A stretch of 64,000 nucleotides of DNA from assembly GCA_965285935.1 (NCBI GenBank), contig OZ260662.1:75082001-75146000 (forward strand), given 5' to 3'. A program made the position numbers and the translations under genes. Source of the stretch: Ophelia neglecta (taxonomy: Eukaryota). Below are positions 1 through 11,440 of the stretch, piece after piece (the first letter of the stretch is position 1; each line of letters begins with the position of its first letter). The notes beneath the pieces were generated by a model that worked only from the letters and a program-made list of their open reading frames with translations, searched no databases and was not told where the DNA came from.

Positions 1-533
1 TATCTTGGCTTACAAATTAAAGTTTTCAATTGTTTAGAAATATTAACAAGCTGAAATATTCATAATGTCATGCCATCTAGATTTACATGACACCAAATGG
101 TCATTTAAAAGCGTTCCATCATACTTTCAGTTCGATGGTACCAATCACTTGTTAGTCAGATGTAAAGGTAAATTATAACTGTCACATAATCTAATAAGGA
201 TAATATAACAACCAGCAGTAAACAAGCAGCTGTTTCTATCCGTATGTTTTCAAATCCCCGATGAGCAGCACTCTTAACAAACCATCTTGCCTTGATAAGC
301 CTCACCTGGCTGGCCGCCACACTATCAGACAACCTTATCATAATCTGATCTACTCCTGCCTACCTGTTTACGGTCCAGCTATCAAACCACATTCTTTCAA
401 TCTTTGTGTTCACTTGTACGTTTAGAAAAAAACAGCTTGTAATTCATTTTAGCATTTAATCGTGTGCATTACCTTCATTCAAGGCACATTCTTGTTTTAA
501 CTGTTGAGTCGTTCCTCTGAATACTATATAAAC

Positions 534-777
534 GGCATACTGGAAAACCTGATACGAAATACGAAGGAAATACGAGATACACAGATACGAAAAATTAAGA
601 TTGAGTTGGATTATGACAGGGTAAGGGGTAGGGTTAAGCTAGCAACCTAACTAAACCATAACTTACTTTATCTTTCACCCTAACCCTAACCTAGTCCATA
701 TGGCTACGTTTTAAACACCTCGTATCTCGTATCTGCGTCTCGTATCTCGTATTTCGTATCAGCTTTTCCAGTATGCC
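534..777. mobile_element. MITE with 9-bp TSD (Mutator/MULE-like)
   Basis: 31-bp TIR ggcatactggaaaa(c/g)ctgatacgaaatacga with one mismatch. Perfect 9-bp TSD tatataaac at 525-533 and 778-786. Subterminal ~7-bp tacgaga/tctcgta repeats. Confidence 0.9.
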
Positions 778-2369
778 TATATAAACCGGTCATTCTTGGT
801 CTGAATCAATCGTTTAATGGAGCCCTATAGTCCAACTTTAACAATTTCCCTATGAGCTATCCCTTCGCTTTGACTAAAGATTTCCGGCTAAACAGTGAGA
901 TCACAATATATTATTTAGCTGCAGCCCTAGGATGAGTTGAGGAACGCAACAGGGATAGGCACTGTAACATTCTGAAATCTAAGATGATTCAAAAGAGATG
1001 CTCAAATTACAGTATGTGCAAAATCAACCGGCGAATTTGATCTACACAAATTTTGAAATAGCAGTTGCAATGGATTTTTAAATGTCACCTTGTTATTGTT
1101 AGTACACAAAGTAGCGCTTTACTTAACCTTTGCACACCTTAGTTGTGTAGTCAATGTTAGTTAATTTTCCTGTGCCTTTAACCAGTTTTTATTTGGCATC
1201 ACATAACAATATAATATTATAATGTATGACAGCCCACTGAGAACACCAAAAGACGACATGGCTGAAGTCTTAATAGAGATTTTTCTTTTGACACGCTTGA
1301 ACTTTAAGAGATAGTTTCGCCTTTTGTGATTAAACAAAAAGTATGCTTCATATGTGTTATCTCAGTTTTATTGAAGCGATGTTCAAATTGTAGGGATATC
1401 ATTTAAGTTATCCTTCATGATATAAAAAAGCTTCATACAATGTACATGTATAATTTGTCCATATCTAACCACAAACTACGTCCTCTAGAATGTCAGGTGA
1501 ATGCCGCATTGTTTATTAAGTGCAATGCCATATTTTGAGGATGGGCATGGCAGCTTTATGCAGCTAAATTTCCAGTGGCTAAATTTGTATTCTACAAATA
1601 GAAGGAATCATGTAATAATCATTGTAATTTCCGTCGCGAACTCCTAAGGATTAAATACCTCATCAGGCATCACTTGAATGGTGATTGAGCAGGAAGTGTG
1701 TTCCAATGTAATGGGGTATATTATTGTCAAAATTCCCCATACGAACAATCGTAGCCGAATGAGACTGACGCTGGCTCCTCAATGAACCGGAAATAAAAGG
1801 CAGCAGAATTCTGGTGGTAATGCGACTTCGAACCTAAGAATCTCCACAGTGTTTTGAAATGAAGGGCCTGTCGGTCGCCTACATGAATATGTAAGTGTAG
1901 GAGTCTATTGCGTGGGTGAGCATTAATTACTTGAAAGACGCCATTCGTGATTACCTCAAAACTGGTCACCTAGAATGCACGGAATGGTGCATGGGGAGCT
2001 GCCATTAGCGTGTGCGGGGTGGGTGTGTGGGTCATAATCATAAATGTATTGATGGCTTTATCTGAAAAAAATTGTGCTCGAAAGTACACAATATCTCATT
2101 TGGGGACACGCTTACTGCTAATTATAATTTTATGAATGATTGACTTTACATGCATTTTTATGTCGACGATTTGTCATGAACAATGTATGAACGAGCACAA
2201 AATCAATTATAATCCACTAATAAATACTTCGTGGAAACCTATATGCTACTAATGTAAACGAACTTACTAAATAGAATGATGCACTTCGTTTGAATACAGA
2301 TGAAAGATATAGTCATAATGTCCATAGCATGCATACCTCGAGGCACACTCTAAAACGTATTATATCATT

Positions 2370-2406
2370 ATTATATCCGCGAAATGCGGATATTATGTTT
2401 TCAGTA

Positions 2407-2455
<49 letters not shown>

Positions 2456-3475
2456 AGATTTTAGTCGTTAACGCGATAACGCAAAAACCGTTTCGTACAT
2501 CTTTTTCAAATTCAACACAGCCATAGACCTTATTGAGAGGAGGAACTGATTAGATTCTGGTGAAAATCCAATAATTATTAATTAGTTAAAACAATTAATT
2601 AATTACGTCAGAGAAACGCATTTTCTGCAATAACACAAAAAATATTTGATACATCTTTTTCTAATTTGACACAGCCATAGACCTTATTAAGAGGAAGACC
2701 TGTATTTATTCTGGTGAATTTCTGATAATTATTAATTAGTCAAAATAATTAATTAATTATGTCAAAAACACATTTTCTATCATATATTCCAAAGTATAGA
2801 TGATATTGGCTTGAAGATTTGTGTCATGATTCATGTAATAACTATATACAATTTATGTAATAAGTTAACTAGTTAACTTTATTAATGACCTGAAAAAAAA
2901 TTAGTTAAGGTGGTTTTGCATTATTCTTGAGGTTTTATGGAACCAACTTTATTAATGACCTGCCTTATTATTGAGGTTATATAGAAGCTACTACAATCTG
3001 TGTAACAAGTTAACTAGTACTGTGTAATAAGTTAACTAGTTAACTTTATTAATGAACTGAAAAAAATTAGTTAAGGCACTTTTTCATTATTATTGAGGTC
3101 TTATGGAACCTACTACGATGTGTGTAATAAGTTCACTAGTTCACTTTATTAATGACCTGAAAAAAAATTAGTTAGGGTCGTTTTGCATTATTATTGAGGT
3201 CATATGACACCAACTTTAAGAATGACCTGCATTATTATTGAGGTCAAATAGAACTTACTACAATCTGTGTAATAAGTTAACTAGTACTGTGTAATAAGTT
3301 AACTAGTTTAACTTTATTAATGACCTGAACAAATATTAGTTAAGGTCGTTATCTTTTGTGCCAACTAAAAACTATCATATTCACTACCTCGCCTTATGCC
3401 ATGTTCCCCATTCGATTATTGCACGCATTCGCGGATATACCCCTTGCTGTCGGCCCCCCGACAGCGTTGGCCTAG
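2370..3475 (+). mobile_element. Non-autonomous Helentron (HINE/DINE-1-like), copy 1
   Basis: 12-bp subterminal inverted repeats tatatccgcgaa / ttcgcggatata, 5' hairpin atatccgc..gcggatat, (GCC)~15 microsatellite, internal tandem arrays, 3' hairpin gctgtcgg..ccgacagc and terminal CTAG followed by TT. A near-identical second copy lies at 17561-20455. Confidence 0.85.
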
Positions 3476-5338
3476 TTATTATATAGAGGCACCTCGAAGA
3501 CATTTTATTTGGCGAATTTTAACTATGATGATTTATTATGAAAAAGATATTTCTAGTGATATTAGCGTCTGTGACAATGGAAATATGTACCTCTCTGCCG
3601 AAACGGCAACAATATATTACACTCAACAACATACATGTACTTCCATTCAAAACACTATGCAAAATGTAGCGTGTATACATAATGGGCTAATAAACATTAC
3701 AAATGTGATGTACGATAGTTTGTTTAATGTTCTGCGGGATCATATTAGTTGCTCCTAGCTTATATGGCTTTATTTGCAGCCTCCTATGTGTGAAGAGAGA
3801 ATGCAATCCCTAGCTTTGGTGTACAACTATAGCACTGGCTCCCTCAATCAGTTCTGCTTAAAATTTCCCTGTTCCCATCTTTTTTTCTGCTTGCGAGTAC
3901 CAGACACAATTTGTCTAGGGAGGGGCAATGCCAGACCTTGCAGTCTATGCTTTGCACCCCCCCCCCCCCTCTTGGATACAACTCATTGCAAATTTGAGTT
4001 TGCCTTCATTTGGTAGTCACAAGTCTTTGTTAGTTTTTTCGTTCCTGTTGATGAGGATTTGTTTGCTTTGTACGTGATCCTATTACATGTACTTTCGATA
4101 GAATCGCCCGAACAACATTAATGGAATCGGCCGCGTGAAGAACATAGCCTGTGTCAGCTGGACCGATTCTTTAAATTATAATTCGTTTTTTCATATTCTT
4201 ATCAACCTGTTGGCCATTTATCACGTGACATGGTGTTGGGTGCCGTTGACATTCCAATGCCTAGAAACTGTTCGTCACCTTGTCAACAATGGACTGGTGT
4301 CCAGCAGGAGTGAAGTGAATAATGATGCTCTCACGTATATTGCTGTCTGAAGGGAATCTGCATTATGTACAATCCATTAGGCTATATGAACCGTATGTCA
4401 TAATGCAAATGGAAATATTTTTAAACTCAATACAAGTGTTTTTTTATACTGTAAATACTTTCAGTAAATTACCAATTCTGTGTTACAGTAGCACGTATTG
4501 GAATATACACATTAGAACAAGGAAAGGTACAAAGTTATGATGGATAAAATTGAAAGACGTTGGCAAGCAATGGTGAAGCAGTATCTGTAATAGGCTATTA
4601 TGAGGGTATAAAACTTCTTAAAGTGTAAAAAAGTTTGACCAGTCTGGTTCCTTGAGTAAATTATTTGTATGAACATATTTATGTAAAATACCTCCTTTCT
4701 GCATGGTTGGTTGAACTGGGTTCCCTCTCTCACTTGAGTTACGGCGAGTAAGGAAATCAAACCGTCAGCCATTTCTGTTTGTACATATCATCTGGTTTTC
4801 AGCAGCACGTACTCAGAGAGTCAGGGCACAGGTATTTTCAAGCCATTTATCGCGATGATTCTCCTCAAGGTTGTGACGCCTTATAAGGACATACTTTACC
4901 ATGATTAATTTGAGAGAGAAAACATATAAAATATTTTTATAATATCAATATCCATTTTGGTGTGTGCCCGCTATTCTTTAAACGAAACAAGAATGAACAA
5001 GTTCACTAGTTCAGCTTAATATTAGATAAATATGTAATCATAACATTATACAAACGATATATGATACCCTTGTTTTTGGTTTGTAATGATAATACCGGCA
5101 GTTTTATTTATTCCCTGTCCCCGAGAAGGATGCGTGGGACGGGGTTAGTACGAGATCCTTTTAGTGCAGAAAAAATGTATGCATAATGTACACCTTTTAC
5201 ATATGGTCGGGTGAAGGTTGGATATATTGCGCAATAAAAGAATCTCGATACAAAAGAAGAATTAAGAACAAAACTAAGAAGCGAAGACAACACACAGACT
5301 ACATTGTAATTCCCCCTCTCTACAACTGTGGCCCTTTT

Positions 5339-5443
5339 GTCCTAAGCTAACTATTATAATATAGTAGTTAGCTTAGGACTGATTTTGCCACATATATATC
5401 TATATACATTGTATTATATAGATATATATGCGGTAAAATCAGT
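5339..5443. other. Two abutting near-perfect palindromes
   Basis: 5339-5379 has 19-bp arms with 1 mismatch. 5378-5443 has 29-bp arms with 2 mismatches. Confidence 0.85.
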
Positions 5444-8400
5444 AATACTCTCACTAGTGAAGGTTAATTTCATGACATTTTGTTTGGACATTTTTACTTA
5501 GGCTTATTCGTGGAATATTTCTAGTTGATAATTCAATTCTACGTAGGTAATCCAATCGCACTAGAACATTGTTTCCTGGTAAACACAGATTTGGCCAACA
5601 CGTGATTCGTCATGGCATAATAATCATGAGTGGTCTTCCTCTATAACGTTAAAAGGGATGAATCGGAAACATTGGAAATCAGATATACTCCATTAGGGCT
5701 TCTATTTGTCTGGTGCCGAGAAACAAGTACTTATCTTGTAGCTGGACCTTGGGTTAATTCTAGGAATATTGATATTGTCCTTTGAATCCTTATGTGTTCC
5801 ATACCGTCTCAAACGTGATTAACGAAATGAGAATAGGCCTATGGAAAAATGATAGTTTCTTGTGTTGTCATTACTATAAGTCGTTCTGACTTGGCACAGC
5901 AATTTTTTTCTCACAGGAACTGTTAATACCGATATTTTAAATGTACTTCTAGAAGTAATCCCGACGAAATTTGATATATATTTTTTTTATTGGTCATTAT
6001 TATGTTGTCTAGGTTTGGTGCTTTGCAGATGGTTATCGACTTTCTCAGTTTAAAATTTCAAAACTTTATCTAAGATAGCCAATAGAGTAAATTGCATACC
6101 ATTTTCGTATTGTCATTAAATGTATATCTGCATGTCTGAAGGAAATAAAAAGACATGTCATTCAACGAAACTAACGTATTCAGAACCTACACCTATATTT
6201 GGCTATTTGACTCTCGTCCGCAATGTGGCTGTAGTCTGTAGCTAAATTAAAAATGCGCTTTCTATGGCATTATGTTTCGATTTATATATGCAACAACGTG
6301 ATTACTCCGCCTATTATAAAATAGATATTTTTGTGATGCATTTTATCAAATAAAAAGATAGCTTTTAAAAGAACATCTCGTTCAACATATTAATTATTTT
6401 TCTCAGTCAAATGCTTTTCCCAACTTAATGTACAAAATTAAATGTCTCGTCGATCACAAAGGCCGTTTTCTTCTCATGTCATAACCAAGATCATTAGCTT
6501 AGCGTTCGGGAGCTATCGCGTGTATTTCGGGAATGATAAGGATCAATGTGACAGTCGTTAGCGATCTAAATCACCCGCTCCGGCAAAACATGACAACTCT
6601 TTTATCCCCTATTCCTTAATAAGCATTCCAAATGTCGGCACACGGGAGCGATTGACCACACACAGTCTTTCACTTTCTATATTCCGCATAAACTTAGTTG
6701 CCACGTCCGACAGAGGTCGAAACCATGTGTTTGTCTTTTGTTCCCGCGGGCCTTCTTGACACGTGGTGTCTTTATAGAAACGAAGCTGACAAGCCGACCT
6801 TGTCATGAGCAAAGCGAATAACATGGTGTTATCGATTATTTTGAACCCTAGGGCGATATTCTACTGTCGGGTCATGAGGACACTACCCCGCAGGTCGTAC
6901 ATTACAACTGCCATTCGATTAGTTCTGTGTAACGCAGTCAATTCAATGAGATTCTATGTTGGATTACTTTTTTCTTATGTTATATTGTTTCTTAAGGGTA
7001 AACTAAAACCAAATTGTCTGCCCAAATCAAATTTATATTAAATAATTGAAAATGTACCGTTAACAATTATTTAAGGCAAACATAACCATGCAGTAGCAAA
7101 ATGCCCGACATACTGCAGATGATGGTATCTCACTGAAAGCCAGTCGGTGGAGCAACTAGGCTCCAATTTAATGCGGGATACCTCATGCACAAATTTGGCA
7201 TGTTTGAGTTCAGACGATTGGCGAATTTTAGCGAGATTTTCACCATTTCGCAAGCCATTGGAGAAACAATATTTTCGTTTCGCTAGGATTGATTCCATAT
7301 TGATGAAGTTAATAATATTTCCCCTGTCACCGAACCGAGCTCACCAATAAGATTTGGTGATTTGATTGTCTCCTCGTCGGGCGATAATGGAGGAAATGAA
7401 TTTGCCAGACATTCGTTGGGAAGCTCCTTTGTCATAAAATGTGCCTGCCGAAAAGTCCGCATGACTTATTGCTTCAGTTTCCCTTCAATTGCAATTGTTG
7501 ACAAGAATGTGTGCATGATTCTGTTTCCTAATCTGCGTGTTCCTATTCTAAGTTAGTCAGCGTCTTGTATAACAATCAGGTTGCTTGTGAATTAGAATCG
7601 CTTTACTAGACTACCAATCGCTATACAACCTCAGTCTGCATGTAGAAGTAAATGTAGATGTTAAGGCTTTAGATATAAATGAAGCTTGACAAACAAGTCA
7701 CAGTAAACAAAACTCAAATCGACGGACAACATATATCACTGGCAGTTTTTTTTTCTTCAGAAGTACAAAGAACACTTTACAAGGATCATTGTTACCTAGA
7801 CGATATTAATTTACTGTTACAAATTACTTTCTAATGAGTGTTGCTGCAAATACCGCGATTAGCGATTTTCGTGATGAGTGTGCATGAGAAGATGATTTGC
7901 GACTTGCCTATGCGATAACTGCAGAACATCCGCACGTTATGATAACCCGACATTGCTTCATAAGTACTGCCAAACGTTTATAACCTGAGTGTTATGATTT
8001 AAATGTTTATGTGGCCTAAAAAATTGAGAAAATGATGGTAACGAATGACGAATGCCTCAATAACACTTGATTTGGCAGAGAAAAACACTTGAGGGTGTTC
8101 TGACAGGGTATATATTCACCGTATTATAAGTTATTATTTTAAGAACTATAATCAGATTCTACCATGCACAAGAATACAATTTACTCGCGAATGCGAACAG
8201 CATAATTACAAGAACAGGGTCGAATACTGTCCAACCATCGACCTGACTTAGGCCACCACAATCAATGTATGGTGTAACGCGCACACGCCAATATCTGTCT
8301 ATACGTCTTAGTAAACTCCTTGTTGTTAGCCTCATATTTGTTAAGCAATTATGGCCAACGCGGAAGTCTGAGGGCATTCTGAGAAATAGACATAATCATA

Positions 8401-8849
8401 CGTCTATTGCATTCTCTTTAATGAAACCATCAAATGTCTCCTTGCTCACTCCCTTTTCCTTTCTACGGCGCACCTATGCCCCACAGGCTCAGACTCTTCT
8501 TAATGGCATGCAGATCAACCCTCCGTCATCAGCTAATCCAGTATTGCTCACTGATCAGCACGACTAGCAGCCATGCAGCCTTGGGCAATTTTGATATTTT
8601 CCAAGTCTACCGTTTTTATGTAGGCTTTTCGAATAGAATGTAGTAAACCGTTTGCTACAAGTGTTTATTTATTAAAGTAGGCTATATAAGTATAGCATTT
8701 TAACTTTTTTTACTTTGCACAATTTAATGCTTTAATTATGGCTCATGCCAAATGGCATTTCGTTTGTGTAAAATCCAACGAACCAGACATATTTAAAAAT
8801 GTTAACCATGTCTATGGCTACTTAATATTATGTACCAAGACCATCACCT

Positions 8850-9250
8850 CCACGCTGTTTTATCCACTTTCCCCAGATCGGATATTTACAGCCTTACAGC
8901 TGTTACCTTATCCATGTTCCCTACGATCAAATATTGTCTATCGTTATTTTACCCACGTTCCTGGGGTCGGCCCTTGACTATCGTTCCCTTGTCCACTGTC
9001 CTTAGTTGGATTATTGACAGCCATTACGTTACCTACTTTCCTTATATTGGGTGTCGAGTCGACATCCGTCGTTTTACTTGGTATACTTCCTCATTTCTGA
9101 TATTGACTGTCGCTGCCTTACATACACTTTCCTTGAATCTGATATTGAATTTAACCACTTTCATTAGGCCGGATATGGACACGTCACGTCATTCCTCTTC
9201 CTAAGATCGGACACTGACTGTCGTTTCGTTTTCCACTTCCCTTAGATCGC
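8850..9250. repeat. Old, diverged ~40-bp minisatellite (about 9-10 units)
   Basis: Recurring unit resembling gatattgactgtcgttaccttatccacttcccttagatcg, with unit starts near 8931, 8971, 9011, 9099 and 9210. Confidence 0.7.
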
Positions 9251-10829
9251 CACTAGTAGTATTATGTAGCACACAAGAAGTGATGAAATAAACAAAATAT
9301 TAGTTTTTTAGCACGCATGTCACCGTCGGCCAGGTATCCCCCATCTTAACTTCAGTAGTTGCAAGGAGATAATATTCATACATCTTACACTATAATATAT
9401 ATCGTTTCGATAATGTACTTTAGGTTCTCATCCGAGAACACATAAAAACGACTAAAAAGGACTTTCGCTGTGCCGAGCCGTGGACTAAAAGCTTTCTCGT
9501 CATTATGTGTAAGGTTTCTTTTCGTTTAGAAGAGTGGTCTGAAAACTCCAATTTTAGGCGTACATTAGTTTAATTGAATCGATTCCCGTAGGTGTATAAA
9601 TACATACATTGTCTCGGCTGTCGGCCGGCTTCATGGCATGTGTTGATCTCAAGGGTAGAATGTGGGTGACAACATTACGCGCGTAATAAGTAAAATGTTG
9701 TATAACATAGTCCCTCTTCCCTCCGGCGTGCGACCTTTGAAATGACTCTCTTTACCGATTGTTATTTGTTCTTAACAAATTAAGTTACTGTTTAGATCGT
9801 TTTTTTCTGAAAGCATGGGCTATTATGACGATTCACATGCAACACATCGGCACTGTCGGTCGGCATTACGTACGCTAGCAGAACTGTATTTTTCATTACC
9901 CATTACTGAATAATTGCAACTGGCTTTTTAGCCATCCACTGCCTACTGTTTACCATAAATGATCAAAAAAGAGAAAATTCAAATGTCGCAACACATTGTT
10001 TACGAGTTCAACTGCAACAGAGAAGAGTGATGCCATGTATCCCGGGCCTGTATGGAGAGGGCTAGATTTAATGCGCTACAGTGTCGGACCTCAGTAAGGC
10101 ATAAAAAGGCACTAAAATATATTTAAATCAAAATGAATATATTGTTGAACCTTCATTTACCATGCTGGCGCCCTTGACATGGCATTTGAAACTGCTTCTC
10201 CCTTTTAGCCTATGAATATTTGACCATTATGAAATAAGATATGCCTTTAGAATAAACCATGCAATAGATTTGACTATTAGACAACCTGTCCAGTGGTGAT
10301 TCGATATGCAAATGAATAGGGGGTCAGGGGTCAGGTAATGAATATTGTTGCATGTTTTAAGCATGGTAAGCAGTTTGTCCATACTGTGCATATGTATATA
10401 CCGTTTTTGCGATTACGTAATGCAAAATTTATTGGACCAACATAAATATTTGTATCCTTGTTTTACGGTTATTTTGAAAGCTACCCTGTTACAAGCTTCT
10501 TCATACAGTAAAACGAGCAGCTGCAACCATGGTCCAATTTTTTTTCGCTCAGTTAATTGCCAATAATCACAAAACGCAATACATGCACACAGTTTTACCA
10601 CACACGTATTGTATATATGCAGCATAAAGTTATTTTAGATTTGAGGCCTGGAAGCCATGGTTTATGATGACCTCCATCTATCACGTCTAAATTCTGCACA
10701 TGTAAATGTAAGGCACTATATTTGCAAAGGAATTAGTTTCTGAAACCATTCATCTTTACCTTATCGGTCTGAACTATCGATTCAATGATTCATATTGGAT
10801 AAGGGTAAGTACCCTGCTGTATTACCGGG

Positions 10830-10889
10830 GACAGAGACAGAGACAGAGCCGGAGACAAAGACAAAGAATGGAGAGAGAGAGAGAGAGAC

Positions 10890-10924
<35 letters not shown>

Positions 10925-10932
10925 GACCGACA
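10830..10932. repeat. Compound (GACAGA)n/(GA)n/(GACA)n microsatellite
   Basis: Directly visible. Confidence 0.9.
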
Positions 10933-11191
10933 GTAAGGGGATGCATGGTTTATTTCTTTCCCTTCTACATTTTTTTTCAGTTAAAATTCCACCCCCACCC
11001 CCCCCACCCCCCCACCCCCCCGCTCCTGACGACACTCTCTCGATATGGGAGGTTATCACCCCACCTTGGCGTATGTATTAAAGGTAGCAGTCAAAATATT
11101 TTTCCTTTTGCTATCTTATTGAGGAATGCAAAAGTTTCTGCGTGCTGGTGTTCAAACAACATATTAATTCTGAGACTTTCCCCGTAATTAC

Positions 11192-11440
11192 TTGTGCACA
11201 TAGTTTTTCTATTTCTGCCACTGTCTCCAATGCTTTTGACATTGGGTATTTCCCCATCAGGTCACGCTGGTAAAATTGATATGACAGCGCACTCCATATA
11301 CCGTTATGCTGTCTTGTCGTGGCATAGTTGACGTCTCCTGTCGTTTGAAGAGTTTGTTTTGAAATCTCACTTCTCAAGCGCATGTCGTATGGCAGGCAAT
11401 TTGGCGGCTGATTGGATTCTACATTTACCATCACTGAGAC
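11192..11440 (-). CDS. Possible isolated internal coding exon of unknown product (83 codons, phase 0-0)
   Basis: Acceptor ccaaacAG and donor CAA|GTAATT bound a 249-nt segment that is open in only one frame (VSVMVNVESNQPPNCLPYDMRLR...ALETVAEIEKLCAQ). No family recognised and no partner exons confirmed. Confidence 0.25.

Noticed and set aside
2290-2526. Poly-proline ORF
   Set aside because: It is the (GCC)n microsatellite of the Helentron, repeated at ~17600.
2855-3350. CRISPR-like periodic palindromic repeats
   Set aside because: Eukaryotic context, no unique spacers, no cas genes; it is an internal Helentron array.
10790-11187. ORFs with ETETE/RQTD and poly-Gly/Pro repeats
   Set aside because: Translations of GA/GACA microsatellites and a C tract.
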